Below are positions 61,792-64,000 of a stretch of 64,000 bases of DNA, one piece after another. Origin of the DNA: Verrucomicrobiia bacterium (GTDB lineage Bacteria; Verrucomicrobiota; Verrucomicrobiia; Limisphaerales; UBA1319). The stretch is from NCBI GenBank assembly GCA_963664225.1, contig OY760937.1, positions 3,360,001 to 3,424,000 of the forward strand, written 5' to 3'. A program made the translations under genes and the position numbers. How positions within the stretch are numbered: the stretch's first letter is position 1; the number at the start of each line of letters is the position of its first letter. The notes below the pieces were generated by a model. It ran no database searches. It had not been told where the DNA came from and saw nothing but the letters and a program-made list of their open reading frames with translations.

Positions 61792-62979
61792 ATGAAAATA
61801 CTCGTTGCGAATCTCGGTTCGACCTCGCTGAAGTACCGGCTGTTCGATTTTCCGGACGGTCGGGAGCGGATGCTCTGCCGTGGCGGATTCGAGCGGGTGA
61901 CGGATTACGGCGCGGCCATCGAGTCGTGCCTTTCGGAGTTGAAGCAGGGCGGGTGGATTGCGCACGAGCGGGAACTGGCGGCGGTGGGTTTCAAGCCCAT
62001 CATTGCCCGTGGGATTACGGGCTGCGTGCGGATGGATGACAACGTCCTGACCGCGATGGAGGCGTACAACGGGATGGCGCCGGCACACAATCCTCCCTAC
62101 GTGAACGGCGTGCGGATGTTCCGTCTCAAGATGCCGGAGACGCCGATGGTGGGGCTTTTCGAGAACGCGTTCTATCAATGGGCGCCGGAGGCTGCGGTGC
62201 GTTACGCGGTGCCGGAAGACTGGCATGCCATGGGTGTTCGCCGCCAGGGCTACCACGGGGCCAGCCACAAATTCATTGCCGAGAGGACTGCGGAATTGCT
62301 CGGGCGCGAGGATGTTGCGGAACGGGCGCGTCAGCTCTACGTCAATGGCGGCACAAGCCCGGTGCGTTCGCCCCATCTGCGGGTGATCTCCTGCCATTTG
62401 GGCGGCAGTTCCTCCGTGGTGGGCATCCTCAACGGCACTGCGGTTGGAGCGAGCATGGGCATGAGTCCGCAATCGGGCCTGCCCCAAAACAACCGGGTGG
62501 GCGATCTGGATTCTTTCGCGCTGCCTTTTGTCATGCGCCACACCGGCATGACTCTAGAAGAGGCGGAACGGCAAATGTGCAAGGAGTCGGGCCTTAAAGC
62601 CCTTTCCGGCGGACTCAATGACGTTCGCGACATACAGGCCCAGGCGGCTCAGGGCAATGGCGCGGCGAAACTGGCCCTGGATGTCCTGGTGTATCAAGCC
62701 CGGCATTGGATCGGCGCTTTTATGGCGCAGCTCAATGGCATCGACGCCCTGGCATTCACCGCGGGCATAGGCGAGAACGCCCCGGATTTGCGGCAGGCGA
62801 TTTGCGCGGATCTGGACAAGCTGGGCGTGAGCATCGATCCGGAATTGAACAAGGTGCGTGGTCGCGAGGCGGTGATCAGCCCCGCGGGCGCCCCCGTAAA
62901 AGTAATGGTGATACCGGCCAACGAAGAGCTGGTCATCGCCCGTGAAGTGAGAAGATTTTTGACAAGCAACCCCAAGTAA
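61792..62979 (+). CDS. ackA: Acetate/propionate-family kinase
   Basis: MKILVANLGSTSLKY, APAHNP, GYHGASH, CHLGGSSS, FTAGIGEN, IPANEELVIAR. Confidence 0.93.
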   Translation: MKILVANLGSTSLKYRLFDFPDGRERMLCRGGFERVTDYGAAIESCLSELKQGGWIAHERELAAVGFKPIIARGITGCVRMDDNVLTAMEAYNGMAPAHNPPYVNGVRMFRLKMPETPMVGLFENAFYQWAPEAAVRYAVPEDWHAMGVRRQGYHGASHKFIAERTAELLGREDVAERARQLYVNGGTSPVRSPHLRVISCHLGGSSSVVGILNGTAVGASMGMSPQSGLPQNNRVGDLDSFALPFVMRHTGMTLEEAERQMCKESGLKALSGGLNDVRDIQAQAAQGNGAAKLALDVLVYQARHWIGAFMAQLNGIDALAFTAGIGENAPDLRQAICADLDKLGVSIDPELNKVRGREAVISPAGAPVKVMVIPANEELVIAREVRRFLTSNPK

Positions 62980-63000
62980 AACATTAGTAAAAACTGATTT

Positions 63001-63291
63001 ATGGCACATCAAGCAATTGGATTATTGGAAACACGCGGCCTTGTGGCCCTGGTGGAAGGAACTGACGCGATGCTCAAGGCCGCCAATGTGGAATTGGCCG
63101 GACCCATGACCCAGGTGGGTAACGCCCTCGTTACCGCCGTGGTGGTTGGCGACGTGGCTGCCGTCAAGGCCGCAACGGATGCCGGCGCGCAGGCGGTCAA
63201 GGCCATCGGCGGCGATCTCGTCAGCGTGCATGTCATCGCCCGCCCTCACCAGGACGTCGATGTCGTGCTGCCCAAAAAAGCCGGCAAGTAG
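63001..63291 (+). CDS. BMC shell hexamer protein (BMC-H)
   Basis: AIGLLETRG...DAMLKAANV...[13 protein letters not shown]...HVIARPH. Confidence 0.96.
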   Translation: MAHQAIGLLETRGLVALVEGTDAMLKAANVELAGPMTQVGNALVTAVVVGDVAAVKAATDAGAQAVKAIGGDLVSVHVIARPHQDVDVVLPKKAGK

Positions 63292-63453
63292 GATTTGGCT
63301 TGGTTCATGCCGCGGCGCCGGAGGCTCAATCACCCCGGCGATGCAGCGGATAACACACGGCGGTCTTGATCGAACCGGCCAGGTCTTGAGGAGTTCTGCA
63401 GTTCATGCAGGGCTCCGCCTGCGGTTCACAAACCCCCAACAACCGGGAACATT

Positions 63454-63771
63454 ATGTTTTTAGCCAAAGTCGAAGGCTCAGTGGTGGCGACCAAGAAGGA
63501 CGCCGGTCTGGCCGGACGCAAGCTCCTGATCATCCGCCCGCAACTGGTGGATGACAAGAACCCCACCCAATTCAAGGCGGGTGTGAACACGGTGGTCGCG
63601 GTGGACAGCGTGGGGGCGGGCATCGGGGAACTGGTGCTTTTCTGCCAGGGCAGTTCGGCGCGCCTCGCGCCCAATCTCAAGGAAGCGCCCGTGGACGCCG
63701 TCATTGTCGGCATCGTGGACGAGGTGGATGTGCTGGGAAAACAAATTTTCAGCGCCCGGACCAGCGTGTGA
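63454..63771 (+). CDS. BMC vertex pentamer protein (EutN/CcmL family)
   Basis: MFLAKVEGSVVATKK...KLL...VAVDSVGAGIGE.VL..GSSAR...PVDAVIVGIVD. Confidence 0.96.
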   Translation: MFLAKVEGSVVATKKDAGLAGRKLLIIRPQLVDDKNPTQFKAGVNTVVAVDSVGAGIGELVLFCQGSSARLAPNLKEAPVDAVIVGIVDEVDVLGKQIFSARTSV

Positions 63772-63817
63772 GGAACCAGTGGGTGTCGCCGGTAAAAATG
63801 CATTGATAATTTAGTCT

Positions 63818-64000
63818 ATGAGCAATCAAACAGTGGTGAACGAAACTCTGATTCGTGAAGTGGTGGAACAGGTGCTGGGTCGCCTGGGCCAGGCCAAGGC
63901 CGCGTCAGCCAGTGGTAATGGCGGCTGCAACGTCCCGCCTGCGGCGCCGCGCGCGGTTTCTTCGGTCCGGCATTTCGGCGTGTTCCAGGATGCCCGTGAG
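63818..64000 (+). CDS. Probable BMC aldehyde dehydrogenase (EutE/PduP-like), 5' fragment
   Basis: MSNQTVVNETLIREVVEQVLGRL encapsulation peptide, a low-complexity linker, then FGVFQD. Its position matches PVM loci. Truncated by the window end. Confidence 0.8.
   Translation, partial: MSNQTVVNETLIREVVEQVLGRLGQAKAASASGNGGCNVPPAAPRAVSSVRHFGVFQDARE

Overview
A GC-rich bacterial chromosome segment, most likely from Verrucomicrobiota. This is inferred from a PEP-CTERM protein, R[FL]YR-ending extracellular proteins and a Planctomycetes/Verrucomicrobia-type microcompartment locus. Housekeeping genes are rmlA (partial), an HscA/DnaK-like Hsp70, argS, PTS IIA, tRNA-Glu(CTC), aroC, rnc, metY-metX, recA, ligA, tig and cobA-hemD. 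Accessory content includes a ~2850-aa surface protein of four tandem IPT/7-blade-propeller/IPT/ASH-like modules followed by a PEP-CTERM gene, a TIMP-like gene paired with a matrixin protease, two hybrid PAS kinases, a second sulfur-amino-acid cluster, a propeller sensor kinase with a NarL-type regulator, a flavin reductase-rubredoxin and rubrerythrin pair, and the start of a DeoR-regulated PVM bacterial microcompartment operon. The most unusual signals are: (1) a REP-associated tyrosine transposase with its own GTAG-REP doublet inserted in frame, and a near-identical REP translated in the next gene's N-terminus; (2) a promoter-hairpin-terminator leader directly before an APC-USP transporter (candidate attenuator or riboswitch); (3) a tRNA-Glu with a compensatory A18/G55 elbow; (4) three clusters of small genes with decayed integron attC-like sites and no integrase; (5) a shared C-terminal R[FL]YR domain on unrelated secreted proteins; (6) a triple 28-bp tandem promoter-like repeat. 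All calls come from reading the sequence and motifs; no database searches were run.
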